A stretch of 64,000 nt of DNA from NCBI RefSeq assembly GCF_009914755.1, contig NC_060932.1. One strand, written 5' to 3'. The notes under the pieces are model-generated. The model had not been told where the DNA came from and did no database searches. It saw nothing but the letters and a program-made list of their open reading frames with translations. Positions within the stretch are counted from its first letter, which is position 1; each line of letters begins with the position of its first letter. The translations under genes were made by a program, and so were the position numbers. Of the stretch, positions 13,865-28,166 are shown piece by piece. This DNA is from the human T2T-CHM13v2.0 reference genome, Homo sapiens.

Positions 13865-14444
13865 AACACCTTAGAGGATTTGAGGACAGACACAATGGAA
13901 CTATTGTCAACATTGTTGCTACAAAGAAAAGGGAAAGTGAAGAGAGAATTCAACCACAAAGAAGGGTAAAGATGAGAAAACTATTTAGCAACAGAGCCAA
14001 AATACCGAAAACAAAAGAAAACAAAACAAAAAAGCCAAAAAAAAAAAAAAAAAAAATCATACCCTTCCTCTGGACTTTACATTTCCTTGCATCATTAAAT
14101 CTCCTTTACTATTTAAACTGGTTTTCGCAGGGTTTTCTCTTATTTGCAGCTGAACGTTTCCTGTGTTAATCATTAGAACGCATTTATCAAGTGTTATTTC
14201 CACTAGCTATTTATTATGTTTATAAATGCAATTAGAAATATCTCTTAAGCTGCTTGATCACATCTCTGCAAAGCCAGCCCTAGGTCTAACAAAAATGTTT
14301 CCAGTTCAAAAATATCCTTTTATTTTGCTTGGGCCAATTTGAGTTAAATTTACTGCATTTCATTATTCTCTTTTTATTTAAATCAAAATTACCATCTCAA
14401 TCTATTGTAATAATTGGTTTATTCATTATCTAGCCCAATTGGTC

Positions 14445-14555
14445 TATAAGCTCTGTGACAGTACGCACTCTCCTGTACATCACCATATTGCTGGCAACTA
14501 AAATACTCCCTTGATCTATAGGAGATACTTGAAAAATATTTGCAAAATAAATGAA
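14445..14555 (+). mobile_element. L2 3' end fragment
   Basis: tataagctctgtga...taggagatacttgaaaaatatttgcaaaataaatgaa. Confidence 0.55.
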
Positions 14556-14900
14556 CTAGTAAAATGTATCATATCTCTAGAAAATGTGCAAGAAGGCAGA
14601 ATGAATTCTAGAAATTGTATGGCAGTTTGGAAAGAAAGCAAAAGAAAAAAGAAACTATTATCACAAACATGATAGATTAGCTGAACCTCAAAATGATTTA
14701 AATTATACTGGGGAGATGATGCTTTAGATCTATTGGAAAAACAGCTTATGCCAAAGAATTAAAAACACACAGAATCATCAAAGCACAATCTGTGTTTGAG
14801 ATAAATGATAGTCTGAGTCACCTATGTAAGAAGTAACTCTGAAATAGTAGGATAGTATTATCATTTCCTGTAATAGATTCACCTCTCAGCAATTGGTCTG

Positions 14901-14964
14901 TTTTCATTCTATGGAAACTCTCCGTACTGTAATTTTCATTCTATGGAAACTCCCCATACTGTAA
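14901..14964. repeat. 32-bp tandem duplication (2 mismatches)
   Basis: ttttcattctatggaaactcYccRtactgtaa twice. Confidence 0.95.
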
Positions 14965-16199
14965 TTGGACAGTTTTGGTTTCCACACCAGCTATCATCAG
15001 TCTTGGAGGCAAATATGTGGGCTAATCTCACGTGCATTTCTATAATAATGGGCTCTATCCTTAGCCTGATACTTGGCCTGTTTCTTCCCCACCATTATCT
15101 CTCTGTCTTACGGAGCTAAATTAACACACTTTTCTCTAAAATTTTAGATTCATAAATTTCTCTATTATCAAATAATGTACTTCAAGGGATCCAATTCCAT
15201 TCTCCCTGCCCCACAGGTTCAAACTTATATGTTAAATAACATATTTATCTAAGGATGCACACTTTTAAACAAATATCTCATCTTCGGCCAGGTTTTATTA
15301 ACAACAACATAAAAACAATGGGACTTACTGTGTATTATGTGTAAGAGATGTGTTGCTATAGCATTGAAGAAGAAAATTTTTCAAATATGCATAAGCAACA
15401 TACATTGCTGGCATTTTCTCACTTCTGAAGTGTCTCAAGGCCTTCCTTTGTGCAATTCCCCTTTAAGATAAGTCTGATTCCTGGATATCATGCTCCACTT
15501 CCTCAGAGGAGGCAAGGTCTGGACCACAAAAATTACAGAATATCATATTGAGTTGCAGTCTTAGTTAGTGTAACATCAGAATGGTTGTACAATTTTAGTG
15601 ACTTTCTTCTCATGATACAAAGTGGCAAAGTATAAAGGACTCATTCTGTGAGCTCTTTCCCTTGATCTCAGTTGCCCATACATGACAGCCAAATCTGGAA
15701 TTATTATTCTGGATGGAGAAGCCCAGGGTGGACAACTTTCACTAGCTGCAATCATGCAATCACCTGCCCCAGTACTTGAGTTGCTGTGGTAGCAGAAGAC
15801 CATAGGCAAAACTGTACTGCCTTTGCCTACAAACGTATAGCTCTAACATTCTGCTTTAGTCTTTAAATATGAAATAAATAAAGTGGACTTTACCTACTGT
15901 TTCAATTCAGGGCTATCTCATATAGGAAAAAAAAAGTTTGTTGCTTTGTTTGTTTTTAATAAGCCCATGTCAACAGAGTTCTGCATTGAGTTTTGGAGCT
16001 AAAGTCCAGACAAATTTGACTTTCAGCTTGTCCTTGATGTTGACATATATTTAGGGGACCTCAAAAAAGAAGAGTAATGGAGGCCAATGGTTTAAATCTG
16101 ATTACTCTTATAACACTTGGAAATATATATTACCTTTAGATAACCCTCATGTTCTACTATTTGAAACCGTAGGCCTCAAAGAAGACTACAAAGATTAAC

Positions 16200-16507
16200 C
16201 TACTTAGAATTGCAGTCTTCCCTTTCTCAGCATCATCATGCCTGATCCCTTCAACCTCTCTCTGTTTTTCTTCTTTTCCATAGTAGATACTACACTCTAA
16301 CATGCCATATAATAAGCATTTTTGTATGTGGACATATGTATATGTGTTATATAATATTTATTGCTTATTATTGCTTCTTGTCTATTCATCTCTCTGCCCA
16401 TTACATTTAAGCTTCATGAAAGCAACTTTCATTTACACATATATTATAGGAATCCAGAATAATGGCTGGTACATTATAGGTACCCAATAAATAGTTGTAG
16501 AAGAATT
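16200..16507 (+). mobile_element. L2 3' end
   Basis: taagcttcatgaaagca...gaataatggctggtacattataggtacccaataaatagttg. Confidence 0.7.
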
Positions 16508-16615
16508 GTAGAATAGCATTTGAACTACATTTCTATAATTGCAGAATAAATAATGGTTACATTTAAGAAATTTGCACTTATAAACCTCAGTAATATGGTG
16601 CATCTCTCAATATAG

Positions 16616-16933
16616 TTTGTTTTTGTTTTGACACATAGTCTTAATTTGTCACCTAGGCTGGAGTGCAGTGGTATAACCTCGGTTCACTGCAACCTTCCTG
16701 GGCTCAAGCAATCCTCATGCCTTGAGTAGGTGGGACTGAAGGCAAGTCCCAAGTAGCTGGGACTATAGGTGTGCACCACCACACCCAGCTTATTATTTTT
16801 TCTTTCTATTTATTTGTAGAGACGGCGTTTCACCATTTTGCCCAGAATGGTCTCAATTCCTGAGCTCAAGCGATCCTCCCACCTTGGCCTCCCAAAGTTC
16901 TAGGATTACAGGCATCAGACACTGCACCTGGCC
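16616..16933 (-). mobile_element. AluJ (Jb-like) with a short internal duplication
   Basis: cctgagctcaagcgatcctcccacc; degenerate TSD tctcaaYatagttt. Confidence 0.93.
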
Positions 16934-18089
16934 TGGATTTCTCAACATAGTTTTAATGGTAGTTTTTAGGTTTCAATGTCTTATTCATGTTGTTTATTCA
17001 CAATACATTTATGAATATATATTTTTTCTGTAATTTTTTTACCTTGTCTCACTTGTTTTAAGTCTTGACCACTTTAAAAAAATCTTTCTTTGGATGGATT
17101 CAGTATAATAGAATTCAAATTCTTGTTTGATTTTTTTAAAAAAAAACAGCATTTGTTTGCTGTTTGTTTGCGGCTGTAGTTTTGTTGATCTCTACTGAGT
17201 ATTGATTTTCACATTAAAATGCACTTTCTATTTGTTGTTATTGAACACATTAGCAAACAAACTGACTTAGAGGAACATAAATCCAAATGAACAATTAAGG
17301 AGCTCTACTAATGGGCTTTTTTAAGTGTCAGCTGGTTTTTTCATAAAACGCGGGAAAACTCCCTTGTCTACTCACGATCAGGAAATACAAAGGAGCAGTA
17401 TTTTATAATTGTCTATGATAGTCTTCTTTTAATAAGCTCTTAACAACAACTTTTAAACCCTCAATTTCTGTGAGTAATGACCTTTGATAAGCTTTTATTC
17501 ATGAGTAAGTGACATGACCATGCTGGAAAATATATACAAAGAGGTAATCTGGTGTAGAATTAGATATACATATACACTTCTATGGCTGGCCCATGATCTT
17601 TATTGGTAAATATCACCTCCACTAAAGGCTGTGCTAAGTGCCCTGATTGCTCATAACTGTGATGAATGCTTTATAAATAAAACTGTAGATGCAGCCCATG
17701 TCCTCTACAGACTTTCATGTAAAACAGGCACTATGCCATATACAGGACATAGATAACAAACAAGAAACTAAAAAAAAAGTAAAAATAAAAAATAAAAAAC
17801 TATACATTGAATGAAATCAGAATAAGTTCACTTCAGTGCATTAAGACTAGACTCAAGATAAATACATAAATATGTAGTTCATAGGAAATTACCACATAAA
17901 TTATAAGATATTTTACTAAGAAGAGTGAAAAAACAAACTGTGCCTCGCCACTCATAAGGGATCTTCTCATGGTCAGATTTCAGCAGCTATTTAAATGGTG
18001 GAAGCCAACAATATTGTAGAGAAATAAAGGATAGGCTGGGTTATGACAGGCATATAGGACTCAATTAGGAATATTTTCAGTAGAAGTAA

Positions 18090-18389
<300 letters not shown>

Positions 18390-18925
18390 GGGAAGTAACA
18401 ATTTTTGTTTCTTGTTCCCTTTTCCCACAGTACTCTGCAGATGACTCTAATATGTTTCAAACTCTATCATCATTATGAGTTTGCATTTCTATCTCCTGCA
18501 AAAGAATACAAGCTCCTCAAACATAACAGGCGTGCTTCTAATTCATTTGTTTTTTTGTTGGAGGCTACATAACTTTTGGTCTGCATATACTAGTTGATCA
18601 GTAAATGGTGATAAAATACATATTTTGCATTAAAAAATATTAAACCTATTGAAACAAATGGGAGAAGACATTATTAATACAATTGTACAAACATTGAGGA
18701 GATATATCTAGGATTGTTCTGATGTCAGTGTTATTTAATGAAATCTCACAAGTTATGAAAAGCCAACAGTAAAGAGTATCACAGTGGTAAGTATCACACT
18801 CTAACGAAATGAAAGAACAAATGGTGCTATTATAATCTTGTAAAAACGGCAGAATACTTGCTTTGTTTGTTTGAGATCTGGAATAACCACAAGTCCCAAT
18901 CACGTCTGAATTTTTCCTCTCCTGA

Positions 18926-19285
<360 letters not shown>

Positions 19286-20601
19286 TAGCCAGACGCTGCC
19301 ACCTTTCTCAGGTACTGTGTGGGCTGCCCAGCTGTCTGAAGCAGGAGTACTGATAGAACCACTACCGATGCCTCTTTGTCCTCTCTAACTATACCTAAGA
19401 GTTCAGAGAATAGAAACCTCAGAGCAGTCTAGACTCCTGCAACAGAAATCTTTCCTTAAAACCAAACTATGGTTGCCTGGTACATAAAAAGGAGGCAGAA
19501 ATAACTTGCCAGATCAAGTTGTTCTGAGTACCGGGTAGCATGATAGAGAAAAGAAACAACTCTTTCGGTTTCACAGCAACTCTAGCCATCCTTATCACAA
19601 AGAATTGACCTTCCAAATCGAATCAGAACCTAAAAATAAATATTACTTTGTTAATAACCCTTAAGCTTCCCAACAAGGGATGACAGATTTGATTTTACTA
19701 TCATTTTACGTAAATATTTGCCCATACTTTCATGACCTATCAAGTGAATGGTAACTATAAAATGGAAACTACAATTGCATAAGCAAAGACAATATACTGT
19801 CTTATACTAACGCCTTTAAATGTGTTAAATAGTTTCATCTTAATTCTCCCAATAACTCTATGAGATATGTATAAGCATGTTATGCATATATGTATATACC
19901 CATGTATATACACATACATCCATGTATATACATAAATATATAAAATATTATACCCATTTCCAGTAACTTTTTAAAATTTTTCCTACATGATTATTTATTG
20001 TAGCTATATTTTTACTTACACAGCTGATAAAGTACAATGATATTTCTCTCCTTATGCACATATTCAAAGATACAAGCTGTCCAGAAACATATGCAATCTC
20101 ATCTGCCTGGTTTACAAATCCAGTGTTGTCGAATTCACATCAAGATCTTCTATTAAGTTCTTCCTGGATGGTGCATATAAGAGTGAGGGTGACAGGCATG
20201 GTGCTTTATCTCTCACATTCTTTTCCCTGAACTTTACAATTGCAGATATTCCTCAATTCAGTCATTAATACTGATTTTTTTTTAACCAAGTCAGCTTCTT
20301 TTTTCATCAATTTATAATTTCATCGTTCTCCCCTCTCCTCCAATAATTTCCTGGCATAAGACAATTACTGTTAGAAGCTACAGACTAACATTCGAATTGG
20401 TTTCTAATTAGAAGTTGAATCATTCCTGAGAAATCTGGGACACCGATCAAAGTGTGAAATTCTATATTAAAAATTCAGTGCCTTGGATATTACACAATGC
20501 TGTCGGTGTTAAGTTTTGCCTCACACAGTAAAACTTGTGATTGGTGCACAGTCAAATAATATTTCAAATAACTACATTAAAGCGAAATTATTTACCATTT
20601 A

Positions 20602-20930
<329 letters not shown>

Positions 20931-23406
20931 ATTCTTTACAGTCAAATTCCAAGTAATATTTCAGTAACTTAAAATGCAACTGTATGGGGAAAGTGTGCAG
21001 CTGTTAGGATGCAATATATTTATAAATACTGACAACTAAGAAGCTTCCAGAAAGTATAATTCTATTTATATTACGAAAACACAATTTACATCTATGCATG
21101 TATATTACTCTCCCTATGTAAATAGACAGTAAATTTTCTGGGAAGATTTCATACCAGAGAAACTAGGATATTGCTGAGAAGAAAATTGGAGACAAGGAGA
21201 AGGAAACATTCACCTTTTATCTGATTTTTTAAAAATAGTTTTAGCCTCAACAAAAAAAAAATGTTATTTTTTGGTTTGAGGTTGTTTTCTCAAACTTTAA
21301 TTCTTAAAGCTTCATTTTCCATTGTAGGTAGTCTCAAAAACTTAACCACAACACATTTAATATTTTTGTACACTTTTGGAAAGACAACTTATTCCAGAAA
21401 ATATCAAAAGATCATTAAAAGTTCACAGAATGCTTTTCTACATGACATGGAGTAAACAGTCTCTAATGATTTCTTGGTTAGATACGCTATTAAGATTCAT
21501 AGAGAGTCTATTACTGGACTTGATTACCTTTTGTATCATACTGACAGATCTACAGCTGCCATGACAGTATTTCAGCTCACAGGTACCCATGGCCAATTAG
21601 TCCCTTATGAATTGGACCAGAGTTAGCCAGTTGTGACAGCTTTGGAAGTGTGTTCAGCTCTCCTTGATAAAGGACACCACAATATTTAAACTCGTATTAG
21701 TGAGTGTCTGTGATGGTGCCTTCACACAACTAGATCAGGGCTACTTTAAAAGGAGGAAAGATTAAAACTTCACCATGTGGCCCAGGTTCCAGGATCAACA
21801 GAACACTGCCATTACTAAAACTTGGCTCTGGGACAAATTTCTTTTTTATTTAAAAACTTGAAATTGTAAAGATTTTTCTAAGGAAAACATTTAGCTATTG
21901 AGTGGTGTTTTAAAAGTTAATAACAGAGTGTTAGGTCTATTCTAAATGCACAATTCCTCTAACTAACCCACCACCCGCCCCATGATGAGCACTGCTCTCA
22001 AATTGAGCACGGGTTCCACAGTTATGCGTTTCAACATTTCATACTTAATTATGTAAATAAATGACTATGCCCGGAAATAATTATATCACCTGTGATTCTT
22101 TCTAGTTTTACCAAATAGCCAAAGCCCAATGAAAACAAGGTAATCCCTTCGTAGCCTTTAACAACCACTAAGTAAATGAAGAAGAAAATCATTACACAAC
22201 ACCGTTTTATAAATAATTCATGGATGCTATCAGTTAACAATCCGATGGAAGAACTGCCATTTGATGAGGACTTGTGGGAATTTAAATTGTTGCTAATCAA
22301 TGAAAATCATAAAAGTATCCACCCTCTTTGTACAGCCAGATTGGGGGAAAATATATATCTTTAAATTCGTTTGTCTGCCTTAATAAACCAATATATTGGA
22401 ATTTAAATATTACTTAACAAAAAATGTATGCATGTATTTTATAACCATGTAAAATACGGCATGTAACCCTCATTTAACTTTTGCAGTGTACAACTGGCAA
22501 CTTATTTTTACAGTTTAAAGTGAATCATTAAAAATTTACCTCTGCAGCTAATTCAAATTTCAATAAAATCTTGACAACTTTCCTATATTCTGTGAAAAGA
22601 ACACTGGATAAATATCCTCTAAAAATACATAGCAAGCTAACAGTTATTCAGTCTATTTCTTCACAGAAATTATCTCTAATGTTGCAATATCTGGGCCCTA
22701 CTTATACTAAAAAGTTTATTTGTTGTTCATTTGAAATTCTAAATTAATTGAGGGCCCTGTTTCCTTTTTCATGTGTGTGAAATATAGTAGTCTGAATCAT
22801 CTCAGTTAACTGGCAAAGGTCTCAGAAGCTCAAGGTATATTTGGGTGAATGTGGGTTCAAAGTTTTGTTAAACTGTTGGATGTCAGATGTAGGTCAGAAG
22901 AAGCGGTGGTGGGGATTTCGAAGATAAGTTGCAACACAATCCAATCATGAATATAAAGCTATTATTTTCACAGAGTAATGCCCTAATCATCAAGTTTTAT
23001 CCATTAATGTAATTAGTATAATTAAAGATAATTATTCTGTCACAGTGCTTTCACGGTCTTCACTAATTCAAATATATAATTGCATTAATTTTGGTCAGAT
23101 GGAAAACGAGGATTGAAAAATTCACAATAAATTCCTCTAACAAAGCACATTTCTGAAAAGTACATATGTGAGATCCTTAAATATTATATTAAAATGTTCC
23201 CAGTTGATATGTCATATTGATATTCAAAATAATGCTGAGCTACTCGCTAAGGATACTACAATATTTACTAAACTCTAGAAAACAAACTTTATTTTCTTGG
23301 AAAACAAAACAATGGAAAACAAAGCAGTCTTCCTCAAACCAATGGAAAACTCCTGTGTCTCATTTTGATCTACCTGTAGACTCTCAAGATTAATTGTACA
23401 TGTTTC

Positions 23407-23739
23407 TATTATTATTATTATTATTTTATTTATTTATTTATTTTTTTTTTTTTTTTGAGAGGGAGTCTCTCCCTGTCGCCCAGACTGGAGTGCAGCAGCG
23501 TGGCTCACTGCCACCTCCTCCTCTTACCTCCCGGATTCGAACAATTCAGCTTCAGGAGATTAGCTGGGATTACCGGTATGCGCCGCCACACCTGGCTAAT
23601 TTTTGTATTTTTAGTAGAGACAGAGTTTCACCATGTTGGCCAGTATAGTACAAACTCCTGAACTCAAGTGATCCACCCACTTCGGCCTCCAAAACTGCTG
23701 GGATTACAGGTGTGAAGGTGTGAGCCATCACATCCGGCC
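23407..23739 (-). mobile_element. Diverged AluS/J with (TTA)/(TTTA) tail
   Basis: Dimeric Alu with local indels; degenerate TSD aattgYaSatgtttcta. Confidence 0.92.
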
Positions 23740-24231
23740 CTGAATTGCAGATGTTTCTAATCTAGATAAGTTTTGAACTCCCAAGGGCTAGAATTTCCAT
23801 CAGTAGATTGTCCTGAGGAAACCACCTTTCCAAGTGCGTAGAGTCAGAACTGCACCAATTTCTCTAACATATGAGTCTCATGCTAACACAGGGTTCAGTA
23901 AACTGAACTACACAATGGAAAGTTTTTCTCAGGTGACAGTAGGTGTTGTGAATGAATAGCAAATTGAGACAGATGCCACATTGACATGGAACTCTGAAAG
24001 CCCCTTTTTTTCCAAAATGGAAGCGTTCTATCTACTTCTAATAGAGATTGCATGAACATTTATACATACTGAATATTCATTTCTTTTGAGTATTGAAAAA
24101 TAGCTGGGATTAAATCCTGTGAGTGAAATTTAACTATGGGATATGGAGTCATGAATAAATCTCCATGAACCTCAAATCTCCATGGACCTCAAAACAGTAA
24201 AATCTACAGAGTAGTCCATTACAAAATGAGA

Positions 24232-24440
24232 CAGAAAGGACATAGGATCACATCCTTATACTGCCACTTACTAGTAGTGTACTTTGGCAAATCATTCAAT
24301 CTCACTAAGCCTCAGCTTCCTCATATGTGAAATGGAAATAATAATTCCCACTTTACAGGTTTGCTGTGAGGTAAAGGGGTTAATTTATGTGAAGTAATTA
24401 GCACAGCGCCCAACATATAGTAAGTACTGAATGAATAGGG
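24232..24440 (+). mobile_element. MIR
   Basis: ctgccacttactag...ctaagcctcagcttcctcatatgtgaaatggaaataataat...tagtaagtactgaatgaat. Confidence 0.88.
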
Positions 24441-24759
24441 AGGTTTATTACACAAAATTGCTGAGAGCTTTGTTAATTGAAAACAAATGAAATCAAATTC
24501 TATAACTAGCTCTTGGTCTCATCATAAATTCAAAGCAAAATGACAACATGAAAAAAATCTTCAGGAAATTTCTATCCTATGATTTGTTGAACTTTATCTT
24601 TTTTCTGTCTTCTACAGTGTATATGTTTATTTGCTGGACAAACAAGCATTCAGTTCACGTTGATCTTTTTATAAATAATGAAATACATGAAGAAGTATTG
24701 GGCAAGCAAACATTAGTGGGCTTTGCAAAGAGATATCTCTGTCTTCAAATGATCAGTTA

Positions 24760-24905
24760 GTATAACAAGATAGAAAGAGCATAGGGTTTGGAGTTAGATA
24801 ATTTTACATTTAAATTTCATCTTTGGCATTATTAGTTGTATGAACTTAGAAAATTTGCTGAATCAGTCTGAACTTCAGCACCCTGACTTATAAAGCAGAA
24901 TTAAC
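24760..24905 (+). mobile_element. MIR 5' part
   Basis: gaaagagcatagggtttggagttaga...tgtatgaacttagaaaatt. Confidence 0.65.
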
Positions 24906-25734
24906 ATCTAAGTTGTAGCTTAGTACATAAATATCATACGTCCAACACAATAAGAATTAAAAATAAAAACAACAATCAATATTTTTAAAAATTTGTTTGT
25001 TGCTGGTGTTTCCTAAGTTCTTTAAAATGTGTTGTATATGTCTGGTTGCCCTCTATAGTCAGATACTGGTTAAAATAGTCTCAGAGACTGGCCTGTCAAG
25101 TTCTTAGGAAATCCCTGAGATTTCCCTTTCTAGGAGCGTCTTATATTATTGCAAGCTTGTGAGATACTGTTCATTGCAGCCACACTTTACACCAAAAAGC
25201 AGTTCAGTGTTTTTTCATTTTAATACGGTGGACAAAGCCCATTCTCCAGGATTACTGAAACAAGCCACAGAGTCCAAAATCTCTCACATCTGCTCACTTA
25301 CAAGCATAATTTAATCCATTGTCTCTTCTTCAAACTCCATCTCTGCGCCCTACAACTGTTGTTATCTTAGCATGTCTCTTTATCCAGGTAGCCAAGCACT
25401 GGATGTTTCTTAGCTCTTTGAGTATCTGCATAGGAGACACTTTATTATCGAAAGTGTCTTTATTATTCAAAAAATTTTGAAAAATAATCTCGAACTCCAG
25501 TTAAACTTGGAAAAGTTTACGTAATGATCATGTAAGTCTACAAAACATTAGTGAGCCCCTGGAGATATGATAATACCATAGAGGAGGTAGGAAGAAAACC
25601 CAATGATGGCTTAATATCTATCTACAATAAGTAACAGTTTAACCATGAAAGAGTTACTTGTTAATATCATATAGCCTTAGTTCTACATAGCCTCTGCAAA
25701 GAAGTCTTCAACTATATTGAAGATATTTTGTATA

Positions 25735-26925
25735 TTATAAGTGAATAAGGACACAGATAGTTAGGAACTATGAGTTTCTCTATGGGAGCAAAAAGACACA
25801 CCTACTGGATGGAGGAAACGAGAAGGAACTGTGTGATGTTGGATTTGACTTGCGGTAATCAAGTAGTTATGGGTACACCTGGTGTTCAGATGGGAGTTTC
25901 TAAATGCTATTCCCTATCAAGTTCCTTGGAGAAATGGCTGATGCCATGTCTGGCAGGGAAAGTATAAGAACAGCATTTTGTTTTGTCAGGAAAAAAGGAA
26001 ATGCTTCAAGACTAATGGGAACATATCAAAAAGGACAAAGGAGCCACTTCAAAGAGTTTGTCCTAGACAAAGAGACTGAGATTTTTGTAAAAAAGCACTT
26101 ATTCACAGAAATATGTCAGATAATGAATGTAGATATGTTAGAACTTTTAAAATCACCCTTTGGAAAGCCCCAATTAACTCAGACAAAAACCCTAATAGAT
26201 TGATGCAAGAAAGGACTGATACACGATCTTAAAGCATTGTTCTAGAAATTACTTCTGAATTGCAAAAGGCAATGCATATCCTTACAATAAAAGAAACTAA
26301 TGGTCAAGGTGTTAATTATGTGATCACACATGGCTTCTTCAATAACAGAATAAACTGACATAATGTCTCTTGAAGTGATGCAAAGCTAAGTGTAAACCAT
26401 CACCTACACAGTATTCTTGCCAAAAGGATTCTACCATAGATCTACACCTGCAGAAACCATAACCTATATACAAACGTGAGATATTTTACAAGGTAATTGG
26501 TTTTGTCTCATCAAAAATGTCAGTGTTATGAGAGACAATTGTGGTCAGGGTTGGAGGGGTCATCGCTCTAGATTAAAGGAGATTAAAGACAAATAAATGA
26601 AATTCTTGTACCTTGATTAGATCCTGGACCAAATCAAGAAGAATTAAAAACAATTAGAAAAACTTAAATATGGTCTAAAAATTAAATAATATTGAGGCAA
26701 TGCTACATATTGTTGAATAATGAACATGCTTCTGATATGTAGAAGAGTATTATTTTTCTTAAGAAATACACATTAAAATATTTATAAAGAGTCATAATGT
26801 TTACATCTTACTTTTAAATGGTTGAACAACAGCAAATGAGTCCAAATGTTAACAACTGGTAAAGGGTGACTGTTGTACTATTCTTTTAACTTTCGTAGAG
26901 CTTTAAATTATTTTCAAAACAAGAT
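25735..26925 (+). mobile_element. Old L1 3' UTR (L1MC-type)
   Basis: gttccttggagaaatggctga...acatatcaaaaaggaca...aaattattttcaaaac typical of L1MC3/4 3' ends. Confidence 0.75.
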
Positions 26926-27874
26926 GGAAATGAAAGTTATATGTAAAATGCCTAGAAATAGGCATATGTGCCAAGTACCTAAGAGTTCACTTCTGATACT
27001 GTGGCCCAGAGCTCACAGTTTCCAACATGCTCCTGTGACAGCCACACCCACAATCCCGGGAAAGCTGTGCCCTCAACTTATTTTAAAGACCTGGACTTGA
27101 TTCCCTTAATCCCTCTCCAGTTATTTAATGGAGCAATAACCATCCTAGACTCATAAAAGAAGCTGAAATATATTTAATAACCTTTTCAATGATAGAACTA
27201 CAAAACAAACAGAATAACATTTTCCATCAAAGTGATCACATTTTAAATTACTGTCAAGGGGTCAGCTTAAGTTATATAAAGTATTAATATATATAAAACA
27301 TCTTATTTTCTCATATGCTATAGAGATGAGGCCTAGACAGACTCATAACTGGAGGCCTGAAACATAATTTAATTCTATTGCTATGAAACTAAATAAATTC
27401 TCCTCTCTATCCGTTCATATACAAATGCACTGTTTCCTGGCAGAGTATCCCTCAGAATGGATAGGCAGATAAGCAAACAGGATGAATATATTAGCCTTCC
27501 ATATATCCTACAGGGAAGGCTGGTGTGCAACAATAAAGATACACATAAAACTATTAAGCAAGAAACATAAAATTACAATTATTTAAATAGCTTCAGTAAA
27601 CAAGTGCATTTTATGGCATGACAAACGCTAACAGAAATGACAAGTATGGGGAGAAGGCCATGGTAAAGATCACTCATCAAATGCGTGTGCGCAGACACAG
27701 TAAAAATCCCAACTATCACACAGCCTGCAAAAAAGTTAAATCGTAGTAAAAAAATAAAACACAAACATTTAAATGAAGCATTCAATCTTGGAGGAGAGAG
27801 GTTGCCAGGCACATCATCACTGTCATTACCACATTTACCAGTTATTTATGGAACAACTCTTGCATATGATAGTC

Positions 27875-28166
<292 letters not shown>

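Noticed and set aside
14901-14964. 32-bp repeat as a CRISPR repeat or miRNA
   Set aside because: Two adjacent direct copies, no spacer, no hairpin, eukaryotic context
22049-22364. Overlapping 83-aa and 62-aa ORFs as a coding exon
   Set aside because: No flanking splice signals and no recognisable protein; better explained as a non-coding element
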